A DNA stretch of 62,433 bases, the filler included. It is 3 parts of 3 records of this genome, joined end to end, with 100 filler letters (N's around TTAATTAATTAA, not from the genome) between each part and the next. Parts side by side here need not be neighbours in the genome. Positions count along the whole stretch, not along the records: positions 1 to 24,681 come from SRR20825006_1301; positions 24,782 to 43,269 come from SRR20825006_1306; 1 more part is not named here. One strand, written 5' to 3'. The translations under genes were made by a program, and so were the position numbers. Position 1 is the stretch's first letter. The number at the start of each line of letters is the position of its first letter. The notes under the pieces were generated by a model that saw only the letters and a list, made by a program, of their open reading frames with translations, was not told where the DNA came from and ran no database searches. Shown piece after piece: positions 19,795 through 28,336 of this stretch.

Positions 19795-22443
19795 TTAGAA
19801 ATCATATGCGAGATTAAGGCCAATCGTACGCGGACGATTTGTACTCGCTGCCTCAAAAAACGGACCTTGACGGTCGATGCCGTACAGTACCTTTTCGTCA
19901 AATAAGTTGTTTGCAAACAAAGAGATACTATACCCATCGACACTGCGCAGCCCTATACGGGCATCGACGAGACCATAAGATGGCAGAGCAACATCAAGAT
20001 CCAGGTTAAAGTCATTCAATCGCTCGCCAACATATTTGTATGTCACGATACTATATAGCGACAATTCATCGTTCAGCGGCCGAGCCCAATCAGCTGTAAT
20101 CGCAAAACTTTCCTTCGCTGAACCAGGAAGGCGATCACCATTTTTACCTGACACACCACCCGGCACATCTTCTTTCAGTTTAGGGTTGCTGAGCGCACCA
20201 TTGAAAGAAAGGTTGAGAGCTTCGCTGGCTTGGAACACCATGCTGAATTCAAGGCCTGTCACCTGCGCTTTACCAACGTTTTGTGTCGTTCTGCCAAAGG
20301 TAATCGGGTCCTGAACAGTTAGCTGGATGTCTGTATAGTCAATCAAATAAGCTGAAAGGTTGGCGATCAAACGACCATTCAACCATGTTGATTTGATACC
20401 TAACTCATAGTTCCAGAGAGTATCGGAATCAAAAGTGGAAAATTCAGATATTGCTGTTGGCAAATTGAAGCCGCCCCGACGATACCCTGAGGTGGCCGTA
20501 GCATAGGCAAATACATCGTCGTTCAACTGATGCTCTAGCGAAAACTTGAAGGTGTTAACATTTTCACTGGTATCAAAAGGAAGTCCGACAAGGGCACCTG
20601 CTCCGTTAAACGCATTAAAGATACCATCCGCTTTGATGCCCAGCCTGTCAAATTCAACATGAGAGCGCCGATATCCAACCGTGAACTTGGTTGCGGCTGT
20701 AAAGTTCAGGCCCAGTTCACCGTACACCGCTTGTTCTTCACCATTCATCGCATCGATAGAGTCAAGGGCCACATCTCCGTCGGTGAACGGTATTAGACCA
20801 AACAGTATCTGATCAGGTCCTTTATAAATATTGAACTGCTTAATGGCTGTTTCTTCATCCTCATAATAAAGGCCGAATATCCAATCAAAAAAGCCATCGC
20901 TGGAAGACACAAAGCGTAACTCGAGGATATCCGTTTCTGTATCCTGAGAAGGGTTGCCATCGGCTGGAATATCACAGGCACAGCCACTCCTAAAGCCAAC
21001 GAACTCTCTCTGATCAAACGTAAAGTCGAACTTCAGCTTATTGCGTGTCGCCAAAAATGTTGTCGTAAAACCCTCAAAATCTTTTTCGAGTTTTAGATTG
21101 AAAAACTCATACGTATTGTCGCGTTCCTCAACTACACCACCAATTGCAGTACGCGCATTCAGATCAAAGGGAACATCAGGCCCTTCGTCACCTGCTATGT
21201 TCAAATCTCCAGGGGTGCGAGTTGTGGTGACAGAGTTAGGCCCTGCATTCTGGCTCTGATAGAGATAGGTGAAATCAGCGCTGAAGGTGTCTGTTACGTC
21301 CCAGTGTGCCGCAAGTCTGCCACCCCATGTTTTTTCTTCGTTAATATCGTCAATGCCCAACTCCACATTATCGATGAAGCCTGCGTTGTCGTAATAATAG
21401 CCTGTCATGCGGACAGCCAGGTTCTCCGCAACAGGTATATTCAAATATCCATGCCCGCCATAATTGGAGCCGCCGTCCGCAGTATCAGAAAGATAAGTAT
21501 TGAGACCGCCGGCAAAAGCCTCAGTGTCGGGCTTATTGGAAATATAACGCACTATGCCGCCCATGGCACTACGGCCAAAAAGTGTGCCCTGCGGGCCTTT
21601 CAACACCTCCACACGGCTCACATCAACCAGACGGATATCCGCTGCTGTCGAGAAGCTGGTTGTAGTGAGGGCAAAGTCATCAAAATATGTGGCTACCGAC
21701 GAACTGCCTGACTCTTGCGTGGAAGTATTGATATTACGGATGATAATTCTGTTTGAACCGCCACCTTCGTCATTAGCTGTAACGCCGGGCACAGTATCGA
21801 TAAACTGGCCAATACTATTATAGCCTTTTTCTTCAAGGCTTTTGCCGCCAAACGCACTAATGCTCAACGCTGTTGACTGCACGCTCGATTCTCGACGAGT
21901 AGCTGTCACCACAATCTCGTCCAGGTCAAAGGCGCTACTATTCGTAGCATTGTCCTGCGCATGCGCACCCCCTGCACCAAACAGGAAACTGGCAACACTT
22001 GCCAGTAAGCTCTTTTTCAGCTTGCTATTATTCATTGTGTTTTCCTCCCGGCCCTGCTCTGTGGCCTGACCTCGCCCTTTGGCTTCATTGAACGAGATCA
22101 CAATGACCCCGTTTTCGGTTAGGCCGCCGGCAAGGGTTGTATCCCTGAGCATTATCGAGAGTGCTTCGGTCAACGTGTACGTGCCACTTAGTGCCTGAGA
22201 GCGTTCAGTGGCTGTATCACCCGAAGGAATAATTAATGATTTCCCCGTTTCTCGCGCCAAGGCAAAGAGAGCAACATCAATTCGGGAGGAAGGTATATCG
22301 AGAGTATAGTGTTTTAGTGCTGGACCATCAGCGATTGCCGCGACGGCATTTCCACAGCTTAATCCAACGAAGATTAAAACAAACCCAATATACCTGCGTA
22401 GTCCACCCCATTTATCCCTCGGCCGTTGTTTCAAATCCGTCAT
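19795..22443 (-). CDS. TonB-dependent receptor/transducer with N-terminal STN signalling domain
   Basis: Signal peptide, STN-like domain (LDIPSSRIDVALFALARETG), TonB box DEIVVTA, plug motif RVEVLKGPQGTLFG, terminal YDF. Confidence 0.93.
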   Translation of the reverse strand: MTDLKQRPRDKWGGLRRYIGFVLIFVGLSCGNAVAAIADGPALKHYTLDIPSSRIDVALFALARETGKSLIIPSGDTATERSQALSGTYTLTEALSIMLRDTTLAGGLTENGVIVISFNEAKGRGQATEQGREENTMNNSKLKKSLLASVASFLFGAGGAHAQDNATNSSAFDLDEIVVTATRRESSVQSTALSISAFGGKSLEEKGYNSIGQFIDTVPGVTANDEGGGSNRIIIRNINTSTQESGSSSVATYFDDFALTTTSFSTAADIRLVDVSRVEVLKGPQGTLFGRSAMGGIVRYISNKPDTEAFAGGLNTYLSDTADGGSNYGGHGYLNIPVAENLAVRMTGYYYDNAGFIDNVELGIDDINEEKTWGGRLAAHWDVTDTFSADFTYLYQSQNAGPNSVTTTRTPGDLNIAGDEGPDVPFDLNARTAIGGVVEERDNTYEFFNLKLEKDFEGFTTTFLATRNKLKFDFTFDQREFVGFRSGCACDIPADGNPSQDTETDILELRFVSSSDGFFDWIFGLYYEDEETAIKQFNIYKGPDQILFGLIPFTDGDVALDSIDAMNGEEQAVYGELGLNFTAATKFTVGYRRSHVEFDRLGIKADGIFNAFNGAGALVGLPFDTSENVNTFKFSLEHQLNDDVFAYATATSGYRRGGFNLPTAISEFSTFDSDTLWNYELGIKSTWLNGRLIANLSAYLIDYTDIQLTVQDPITFGRTTQNVGKAQVTGLEFSMVFQASEALNLSFNGALSNPKLKEDVPGGVSGKNGDRLPGSAKESFAITADWARPLNDELSLYSIVTYKYVGERLNDFNLDLDVALPSYGLVDARIGLRSVDGYSISLFANNLFDEKVLYGIDRQGPFFEAASTNRPRTIGLNLAYDF

Positions 22444-22458
22444 CTCTAACGACCTATA

Positions 22459-22497
22459 TAATGAGAGCAGGGTGGGTGAAAAAACCGGACATATTTT
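22459..22497 (-). promoter_or_regulatory. Putative ECF-sigma promoter of the receptor gene
   Basis: AAAATATGTCCGGTTT...GCTCTCATTA; same bipartite motif recurs upstream of the sigma gene. Confidence 0.6.
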
Positions 22498-22540
22498 ATA
22501 TTTTTTCTGTCATTAAGGTCTCTGGGCTACTTTTTTCAAT

Positions 22541-23614
22541 CTAACTCGCAGTCAAATGCACAAGGTTGGGTTCTATACGATTTGCCTTGATATTTAAGGC
22601 AGCTTCAACACCCTCCAGCATCAAATCCACATCGCCAATTTGAAGAATTCCTGTAATTTTCTTATCCTTCAGGGCGTCATCCATCACCTTGATCTTTACC
22701 GTCGTATAGCGCGCCACTTCGTCAATGACAGACTGCAGGTCTTCATCGTAGAAAACCAACTGACCTGTAGTCCACGAAAGGCGTTTAGCCAGATCACGCT
22801 CAGAAACAGATTGTTGGACATTGGTTTCGGTCCTGCCTATGTCGGCAGCCCCGCCTTTACTTACCATGATAGGTGTTTCTTGATATACCAAGGCATCCAT
22901 TACATTGTTTTGAGCCATGCTTTTGTCTAACCGCCGGGCAAGTGCAACTCGGCCGTCAGTAACAGTCACACTTACCTTGTGTTCAGCCACACGTACGGCA
23001 AAGCGTGTTCCCACTGCACGAATAACACCATCCGCTGCGTAGACCAGAAATGGCCTCTCCTTATCATGAGCAACATCAAAGATTGCCTCACCAGCAATCA
23101 AACGAACAACGCGTTCTTCCCCGGAATATGACTGCTCAATAATACTATCGGTGTTCAGATGAACCTGTGACCCATCAACCAAATCAACGATCCGCGTCTC
23201 ACCAACAGCTGTGGCATAATAATTTTCCACATCTGCAGATGGAGATGACAAAAAGATACTCGCTGAAACAACGCCGATGAGCAGGACAGCCACTGCAAAA
23301 GCCGTTACCTTAAGGCGCGCCAAAGCCGGACCGAATAGGCCCAGCGGCATCTGACCATTCGCACGCCCCTCCTCCTGTCCTTCCCCTGCCATAAGCGGCG
23401 CAAGCCTGCTTAAAGGTTCATTAAGGCCATACCAAAGGTCCGCCGCCTGCTGAATTGAATCCTTGTTCTTCGGATCTTCCGCCAACCAGTCCGTAAAATC
23501 TGCACGTTCTTCTGCTGTTAAGTCGCCGCGGTCCAACTTGGCGAGCCAATCCGCCGCCTGTAACTTTTGTTTCTCTTCTTGCCGCAAGGGCACGATGCTT
23601 GGATCATCATTCAT
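22541..23614 (-). CDS. fecR: FecR-family anti-sigma/transmembrane sensor
   Basis: AADWLAKL...FTDWLAEDP, TM, YATAVGE...DGSQVHLNT, GEAIFDVAHDKERPF, AVGTRFAV. Confidence 0.92.
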   Translation of the reverse strand: MNDDPSIVPLRQEEKQKLQAADWLAKLDRGDLTAEERADFTDWLAEDPKNKDSIQQAADLWYGLNEPLSRLAPLMAGEGQEEGRANGQMPLGLFGPALARLKVTAFAVAVLLIGVVSASIFLSSPSADVENYYATAVGETRIVDLVDGSQVHLNTDSIIEQSYSGEERVVRLIAGEAIFDVAHDKERPFLVYAADGVIRAVGTRFAVRVAEHKVSVTVTDGRVALARRLDKSMAQNNVMDALVYQETPIMVSKGGAADIGRTETNVQQSVSERDLAKRLSWTTGQLVFYDEDLQSVIDEVARYTTVKIKVMDDALKDKKITGILQIGDVDLMLEGVEAALNIKANRIEPNLVHLTAS

Positions 23615-24206
23615 TTCTGTCGCCTTTACCATTTCTGGCATGCTTACCCGCCGCTGTTTTCTTGTTTATTTCTTTTGCCGAAACCTGCCCCATAAATTCC
23701 ACACCATAACCGCGCCCTGCCATGACATCCTGGCAGCGCTTAATGCCACGTGCGAAATATTTCTCGACCGTATTAACGGACAAGCCCATTTTCTTGGCTA
23801 CTTGCTTGTGCGAAAAACCGTATACTCTGCGCAATAAAATCGCCCGTCTGTGCGATTGGGGTAGCGTTTCTAAAGCCTCCCAAAACACCTCTAACATTTG
23901 TTTATAATATAGCTCTCGGTCAATTGGGGCTGTATGCGATTCCAGAATAGCTTCATCAATTTCCCATTGTACTTCTCGGGCACTGCGTTCCTGGTCCCGA
24001 AAAACAATGTTGCGAGACACCGTGAACAAATAGCTCTTGGGGTGATCAATTTCGCGGGTTTCATTTGCTTCCAATGTACGTGTCAAAGATTCTTGTAATA
24101 TGTCATCAACATCTGATGGCCTTACAGACAACCTCAACAGACCGCGCACCAGAACATCCCGGTATTCGGCAAAGGTACCCAGTATCCTATTTTTACGCTT
24201 CGACAT
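23607..24206 (-). CDS. ECF sigma factor (FecI-like)
   Basis: DVDDILQE, PKSYLFTVSRN, region 4 RRAILLRRVYGFSHKQVAKKMGLSVNTVEK; ATG 24206 preferred (SD GGAAAGG). Confidence 0.9.
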   Translation of the reverse strand: MSKRKNRILGTFAEYRDVLVRGLLRLSVRPSDVDDILQESLTRTLEANETREIDHPKSYLFTVSRNIVFRDQERSAREVQWEIDEAILESHTAPIDRELYYKQMLEVFWEALETLPQSHRRAILLRRVYGFSHKQVAKKMGLSVNTVEKYFARGIKRCQDVMAGRGYGVEFMGQVSAKEINKKTAAGKHARNGKGDRNE

Positions 24207-24243
24207 CGCACCCTTTCCATCGCCCTGATACACCGCCACTATG

Positions 24244-24281
24244 TAATGAGAGCGTTAGGGTTCAGAAACCCGCCATATTTT
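24244..24281 (-). promoter_or_regulatory. Putative autoregulatory ECF-sigma promoter
   Basis: AAAATATGGCGGGTTT...GCTCTCATTA; spacing within 1 bp of the copy upstream of the receptor. Confidence 0.6.
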
Positions 24282-24614
24282 TTATCATATTTTGATTAAT
24301 GAACTTATGCCACCGACATTGACGGGACCATCCTCCGTCGCACCAACGTGCCAAACCAAAGACCGAGGTCATCAACGACAACAGAAGCGCCGCAGCCAAG
24401 CTCGAGCCGCTGTGGTGCCCAGATCAGGTGAAGACGTATATCAAGCGTCACCAGAAGTGAGACTCAAAAAATGGTGTTTCGGAAGTGGGTGGTCATAGTT
24501 TTGGCCACCCATTTTTCATGACTTGAATACGCTCAAATACCGAGCATAATGACGGAACACACCGCGCAAATTTACGCCATGTATGGTTAAGTATGTTGAA
24601 ATATAAAGAAAATG

Positions 24615-24681
24615 TGGTGCCCCCGGTCGGACTCGAACCGACACTCCCGAAAGAACCGGATTTTGAATCCGGCGCGTCTAC
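24615..24681 (-). tRNA. tRNA-Leu(CAA), 5' part cut by contig end
   Basis: Minus strand ...CCGGA-TTCAAAA-TCCGG anticodon arm, long variable arm, GGTTCGAGTCC T-loop, ends GCACCA. Confidence 0.93.
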
Positions 24682-24781
24682 NNNNNNNNNNNNNNNNNNN
24701 NNNNNNNNNNNNNNNNNNNNNNNNNTTAATTAATTAANNNNNNNNNNNNNNNNNNNNNNNNNNNNNNNNNNNNNNNNNNNN
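24682..24781. other. Artificial contig linker
   Basis: N-run, TTAATTAATTAA (stops in all six frames) at 24726-24737, N-run. Confidence 0.97.
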
Positions 24782-24782
24782 G

Positions 24783-25121
24783 ATCTATCCCGAGGGCAAT
24801 TTCATCGAGGCGGGGGATGAGACGCCGTTTTTCCAAATCGGTGAAACCAAATACGGCAAACCGATTTTGGTGCGTGCTTATGATCCGGCTATGTCCTTTG
24901 AAAATGCGGTCAAATTGACGCTGGTTTCCTTTGACAGCACGGTCAAAGCCAACCTCTCCGTCGGTCTGCCGTTCGATTTGCAAGTGATCGAAACCGATAC
25001 CTATAAAGTCACCCACCAACGCCGCATCACCGCCGATGACGAGTATTTCCAAACGATTTCATCGAGGTGGGGCGAGGCGTTGAAGACCGCGATGGACAGT
25101 CTTCCGGGCTTTACCTTTTAA
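24783..25121 (+). CDS. Proteasome-type protease (Anbu), C-terminal part
   Basis: IYPEGNFIEA...FFQIGETKYGKPIL...SFDSTVKANLSVGLPFDL; truncated by contig start. Confidence 0.88.
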   Translation: MYPEGNFIEAGDETPFFQIGETKYGKPILVRAYDPAMSFENAVKLTLVSFDSTVKANLSVGLPFDLQVIETDTYKVTHQRRITADDEYFQTISSRWGEALKTAMDSLPGFTF

Positions 25122-26110
25122 GGCGTCTCGAGGTTGAGATTGGGTTTCGGGAACAGAGCGGGTTGGACGCCGCGCTCGATATAATCCCATGTCGCCATGG
25201 CGATCATCGCCGCATTGTCTGTCGCCCATTTCACCGGCGGCAGGCACAGGTTCACCCCATGTCGCCCGGCCACCTGAGCCATCGCGTCGCGCAATTGCGG
25301 CGAGGCGGAGACACCACCGACAATCACCAAAGAGCGCGGTTTGCACTCCGCCAGCGCCCGGTCCGCCTTGGCCACCAAGACGTCGAGACAGGCGGCGACA
25401 AAAGACGCCGACATGTCCTCAAGACTAACCTCTGGGTGGTTTTCAATATGGCGCGCGACCGAAGATTTCAGGCCGGAAAACGAGAACTCATAGCCCTCAT
25501 TTTTCATCGGTCTGGGGAGGCGCAACACCGGTCTGCCCAATTTTGCCGCCCGGTCAATCGCCGGACCGCCCGGCATCCCAAGCCCCAACATTCGCGCCAC
25601 TTTGTCATAGCTTTCACCAACGGAATCGTCGCGTGTCGTCCCCAAAAGCCGATAAGACCACGGGTCTTTTAAGTCCGCGATCAACGTGTGCCCGCCCGAG
25701 ACCAACATGATCACGGCGGGGAATTCGGTTTGGCCGTCTTCCAACTCAACCGAGCGGATATGCCCACGCAAATGGTTGACGCCATATGCCGGCACGCCCC
25801 ATCCCAAGGACAGCGCCTCAGCGGTGGACAGCCCGACCAAAAGCGAGCCGATCAATCCCGGCCCACGGGTCACGCCAATGCCCGTGAGGTCTTTCGGTGT
25901 TGCGGAGGCCTCATCCATAACCGACTGAATTGTCGGTAAAATAGCCTCAAGATGCGCCCGCGAGGCCAATTCGGGATAGACCCCGCCAAAGGCCTCATGC
26001 ACTTCATATTGCGACACGGTTTTGATTGCGGCCACATGGCCCGAACGATCAACAAGCGCCACCGATGTGTCATCACAGGAGGTCTCGATGCCAAGGATCA
26101 GCGCGCTCAT
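25118..26110 (-). CDS. tsaD: tRNA threonylcarbamoyltransferase TsaD (divergent)
   Basis: LGIETSCDDT, PELASRAH, GPGL, NHLRGH, VSGGHT, FSFSGLKS, TDNAAMIA. Confidence 0.93.
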   Translation of the reverse strand: MSALILGIETSCDDTSVALVDRSGHVAAIKTVSQYEVHEAFGGVYPELASRAHLEAILPTIQSVMDEASATPKDLTGIGVTRGPGLIGSLLVGLSTAEALSLGWGVPAYGVNHLRGHIRSVELEDGQTEFPAVIMLVSGGHTLIADLKDPWSYRLLGTTRDDSVGESYDKVARMLGLGMPGGPAIDRAAKLGRPVLRLPRPMKNEGYEFSFSGLKSSVARHIENHPEVSLEDMSASFVAACLDVLVAKADRALAECKPRSLVIVGGVSASPQLRDAMAQVAGRHGVNLCLPPVKWATDNAAMIAMATWDYIERGVQPALFPKPNLNLETP

Positions 26111-26709
26111 AGGAGGCCCTCCAAAAGGCTGGCGATCTCTGCCTCAGACACCGCGCCAAGCCGTTCGATCCGGGCCGGGGTGACGCGGCAATTGACGATG
26201 GTAGAGGGTGTGGCTTGGTGCCCTGTGCCCGCCACGATCAAATCCGGCGTGCCGTTCAACTGCGCTGCAGCCTCATCAGCCGTGCCCGGTGTCTGTGCCC
26301 CGGATCGGTTGGCCGAGGTGACCAAAAGCGGACCGGTTTCGCGCAACACTGCCAAGAGCCACGCGTCATTGGGGATGCGCAAAGCGATCTCGTCGCGCCC
26401 GGCAAGCCATTCGGGGGCGCGCGCCGGATCAAGACCAAAGACGATGGTCAATGCGCCCGGCACAAAAGGGCTTGAGAGCAGGGTCTGCGCGCTTGGCGTG
26501 ATCCGTGCGCCGAGAGTCCCAATCTGATCCGCATTCGCAACCATGATCGGCAGGTTCTTGTCACGTGGGCGGTGTTTGAGCCGATAAAGCCGATCAATCG
26601 CCGCCGTATGTTGCGGCGATACCGCCAGCCCAAGCACTGTGTCGGTCGGCAAAAGCACAACGCCGCCATGGCTAAGGCATTGCGCAATCTCTCGCACCTG
26701 ATCTGTCAT
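26107..26709 (-). CDS. tsaC: Threonylcarbamoyl-AMP synthase, short TsaC/YrdC type
   Basis: PTDTVLGL, KHRPRDKNL, PGALT, LRIP, TSANRSG, PSTIV. Confidence 0.88.
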   Translation of the reverse strand: MTDQVREIAQCLSHGGVVLLPTDTVLGLAVSPQHTAAIDRLYRLKHRPRDKNLPIMVANADQIGTLGARITPSAQTLLSSPFVPGALTIVFGLDPARAPEWLAGRDEIALRIPNDAWLLAVLRETGPLLVTSANRSGAQTPGTADEAAAQLNGTPDLIVAGTGHQATPSTIVNCRVTPARIERLGAVSEAEIASLLEGLL

Positions 26710-27314
26710 GACAGCACCTCGACAATCGGATAGGCGCGGGCGTTTGCGGCGGGTTTTGGGGCGGCATCGACAAGGCTCAGAAGGGTCGCCATCTTTGCGG
26801 TGTTGGTTTTTGGCGGCGCGGTGCCCTCAACAGGGATATTGCCCGCAAGGTTGTATTTGTCCAAGTTTTCGAGCTGTTTAAGGGCGTCTTCTTCCAAACA
26901 ATGTTCGTAATGTATAAGTGTGCCATCACGGAAAATTCCGAAATGCACATAGGGCCGACCCGCACGGCGCAGCAGGGCGACCGGGGTATGACCGTCGAAC
27001 GCCTCCGCCCCCAGCAGTGCAAAAGCGGGCAGAGCAACGACCGGAATCCCAAGGGTAAAGCCCAACCCATTGGCAAAAGCCGCCGCCGTGCGCGTCACGC
27101 CAAGCCCGCCGGGACCGATGTCACAGCCGATGCGGGTGATCTCTTTCAACGTCGCCCCGATCTCAGTAAGCCCGGTTTCCAACATCAGGCGATACTCGCG
27201 CGATCCCGCAAGGCTCTCGACCTCTGAACTGTCAAACCGGATCGCGCCATCACGGGCCAGCGCCAAGACCGGCACGCCGTTTGAGGCCTGAATAAGCAAT
27301 GTCACCTTGCTCAT
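26706..27314 (-). CDS. tsaB: TsaB/YeaZ-like protein (highly divergent)
   Basis: IGCDIGPGGLGVTRTAAAFANGLGFTLGIPVV aligns to the TsaB GPGSFTGxR...GLA...PxV motif; located between tsaE and tsaC. Confidence 0.72.
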   Translation of the reverse strand: MSKVTLLIQASNGVPVLALARDGAIRFDSSEVESLAGSREYRLMLETGLTEIGATLKEITRIGCDIGPGGLGVTRTAAAFANGLGFTLGIPVVALPAFALLGAEAFDGHTPVALLRRAGRPYVHFGIFRDGTLIHYEHCLEEDALKQLENLDKYNLAGNIPVEGTAPPKTNTAKMATLLSLVDAAPKPAANARAYPIVEVLS

Positions 27315-27781
27315 GCCAGCGTCTCCAATGCGTCTAAAACCGTGTCCCATCGCGGGGCAGAGGCGGAGATGGACAACACCCGCGCCGTGTCATCCTCGCC
27401 AAAACCAAGGCGGATGGACAGGGCAGTGTCATAGCTTTCCGCTATCCGTTCGCCCCATTCGATCACGGCGATGCCTGTGTCAAAATAGTCTTCCAGTCCA
27501 AGGTGATAGAACTCTTGCGCGTTTTTCAGGCGATAGGCATCGACATGCAATACCGTGCCCTTCGGCGTCTCATAGATATTGGCGATGGTGTAGGTCGGGC
27601 TGGTCACCGCCTCGTCTGAGCCAAGGGCGCGGACCAAGGCGCGGGTGAAAAACGTCTTTCCCGCCGCTAAACTGCCATCCAGCAAAATCACATCGCTCGG
27701 GTGCAACAACGGGGCCAGCGCCGCAGCAACGCGCGCGGTCGCGGCTTCGTCTTTCGCAATCAATGTCACTTTGCGCACCAC
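27311..27781 (-). CDS. tsaE: TsaE/YjeE ATPase
   Basis: GSLAAGKT Walker A, VTSPTYT, HVDAYRL, IEWG; start is GTG at 27781 or 27778. Confidence 0.92.
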   Translation of the reverse strand: MVRKVTLIAKDEAATARVAAALAPLLHPSDVILLDGSLAAGKTFFTRALVRALGSDEAVTSPTYTIANIYETPKGTVLHVDAYRLKNAQEFYHLGLEDYFDTGIAVIEWGERIAESYDTALSIRLGFGEDDTARVLSISASAPRWDTVLDALETLA

Positions 27782-27895
27782 GGGGTCTGTCCGGTCTTTG
27801 AAAACGTCCTGCGCGATTTAGGGCAAATCGGGCCAAAGGTCCATGGTGTCAATCACCGGGTCCATCGGTAGCGCGGTCCGTTCAGAACGACCCAA

Positions 27896-28336
27896 TCACT
27901 GATCCGTGTCGAGCCAAATCGTAATCGGACCGTCATTGATCAGGCTCACCTTCATATCTGCACCAAAAATTCCGGTCTCACAGGGGACACCGGTCTGACG
28001 CAGAGCATTGGTGAAATGTTCATAGAGCGCGTTCCCAACGTCCGGTGCAGCAGCGGTGGAAAACCCCGGACGATTGCCTTTTGTCTCGGCGGCGAGTGTA
28101 AATTGGCTGACCACAAGCGCACTGCCTTGGATGTCACGGACAGACAGGTTCATTTTGCCTGCATCATCTTGAAAAATGCGCAGTTTTGAAATCTTGGCGG
28201 CCAGTTTTTCGGCCTGCGCTTCGGTGTCGCCGCGCATCGCACAGACCAAAACCAAAAGCCCCGGCCCGGAGTGCCCAACCACCGCACCATCGACTCGCAC
28301 GGCGGCTTCAGAAATGCGTTGAACCAGCGCTCTCAT
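27896..28336 (-). CDS. dtd: D-aminoacyl-tRNA deacylase
   Basis: MRALVQR, SQFTL, GNRPGF, NDGPIT. Confidence 0.96.
   Translation of the reverse strand: MRALVQRISEAAVRVDGAVVGHSGPGLLVLVCAMRGDTEAQAEKLAAKISKLRIFQDDAGKMNLSVRDIQGSALVVSQFTLAAETKGNRPGFSTAAAPDVGNALYEHFTNALRQTGVPCETGIFGADMKVSLINDGPITIWLDTDQ

Noticed and set aside
24726-24737. TTAATTAATTAA as a biological repeat or att site (again at 43314-43325)
   Set aside because: Embedded in N-runs and gives stops in six frames: an assembly linker. ORFs running into it are artefacts.
24783-26110. Functional link between Anbu and the tsa cassette
   Set aside because: Convergent genes with a 4-nt stop overlap; Anbu normally ends its own operon
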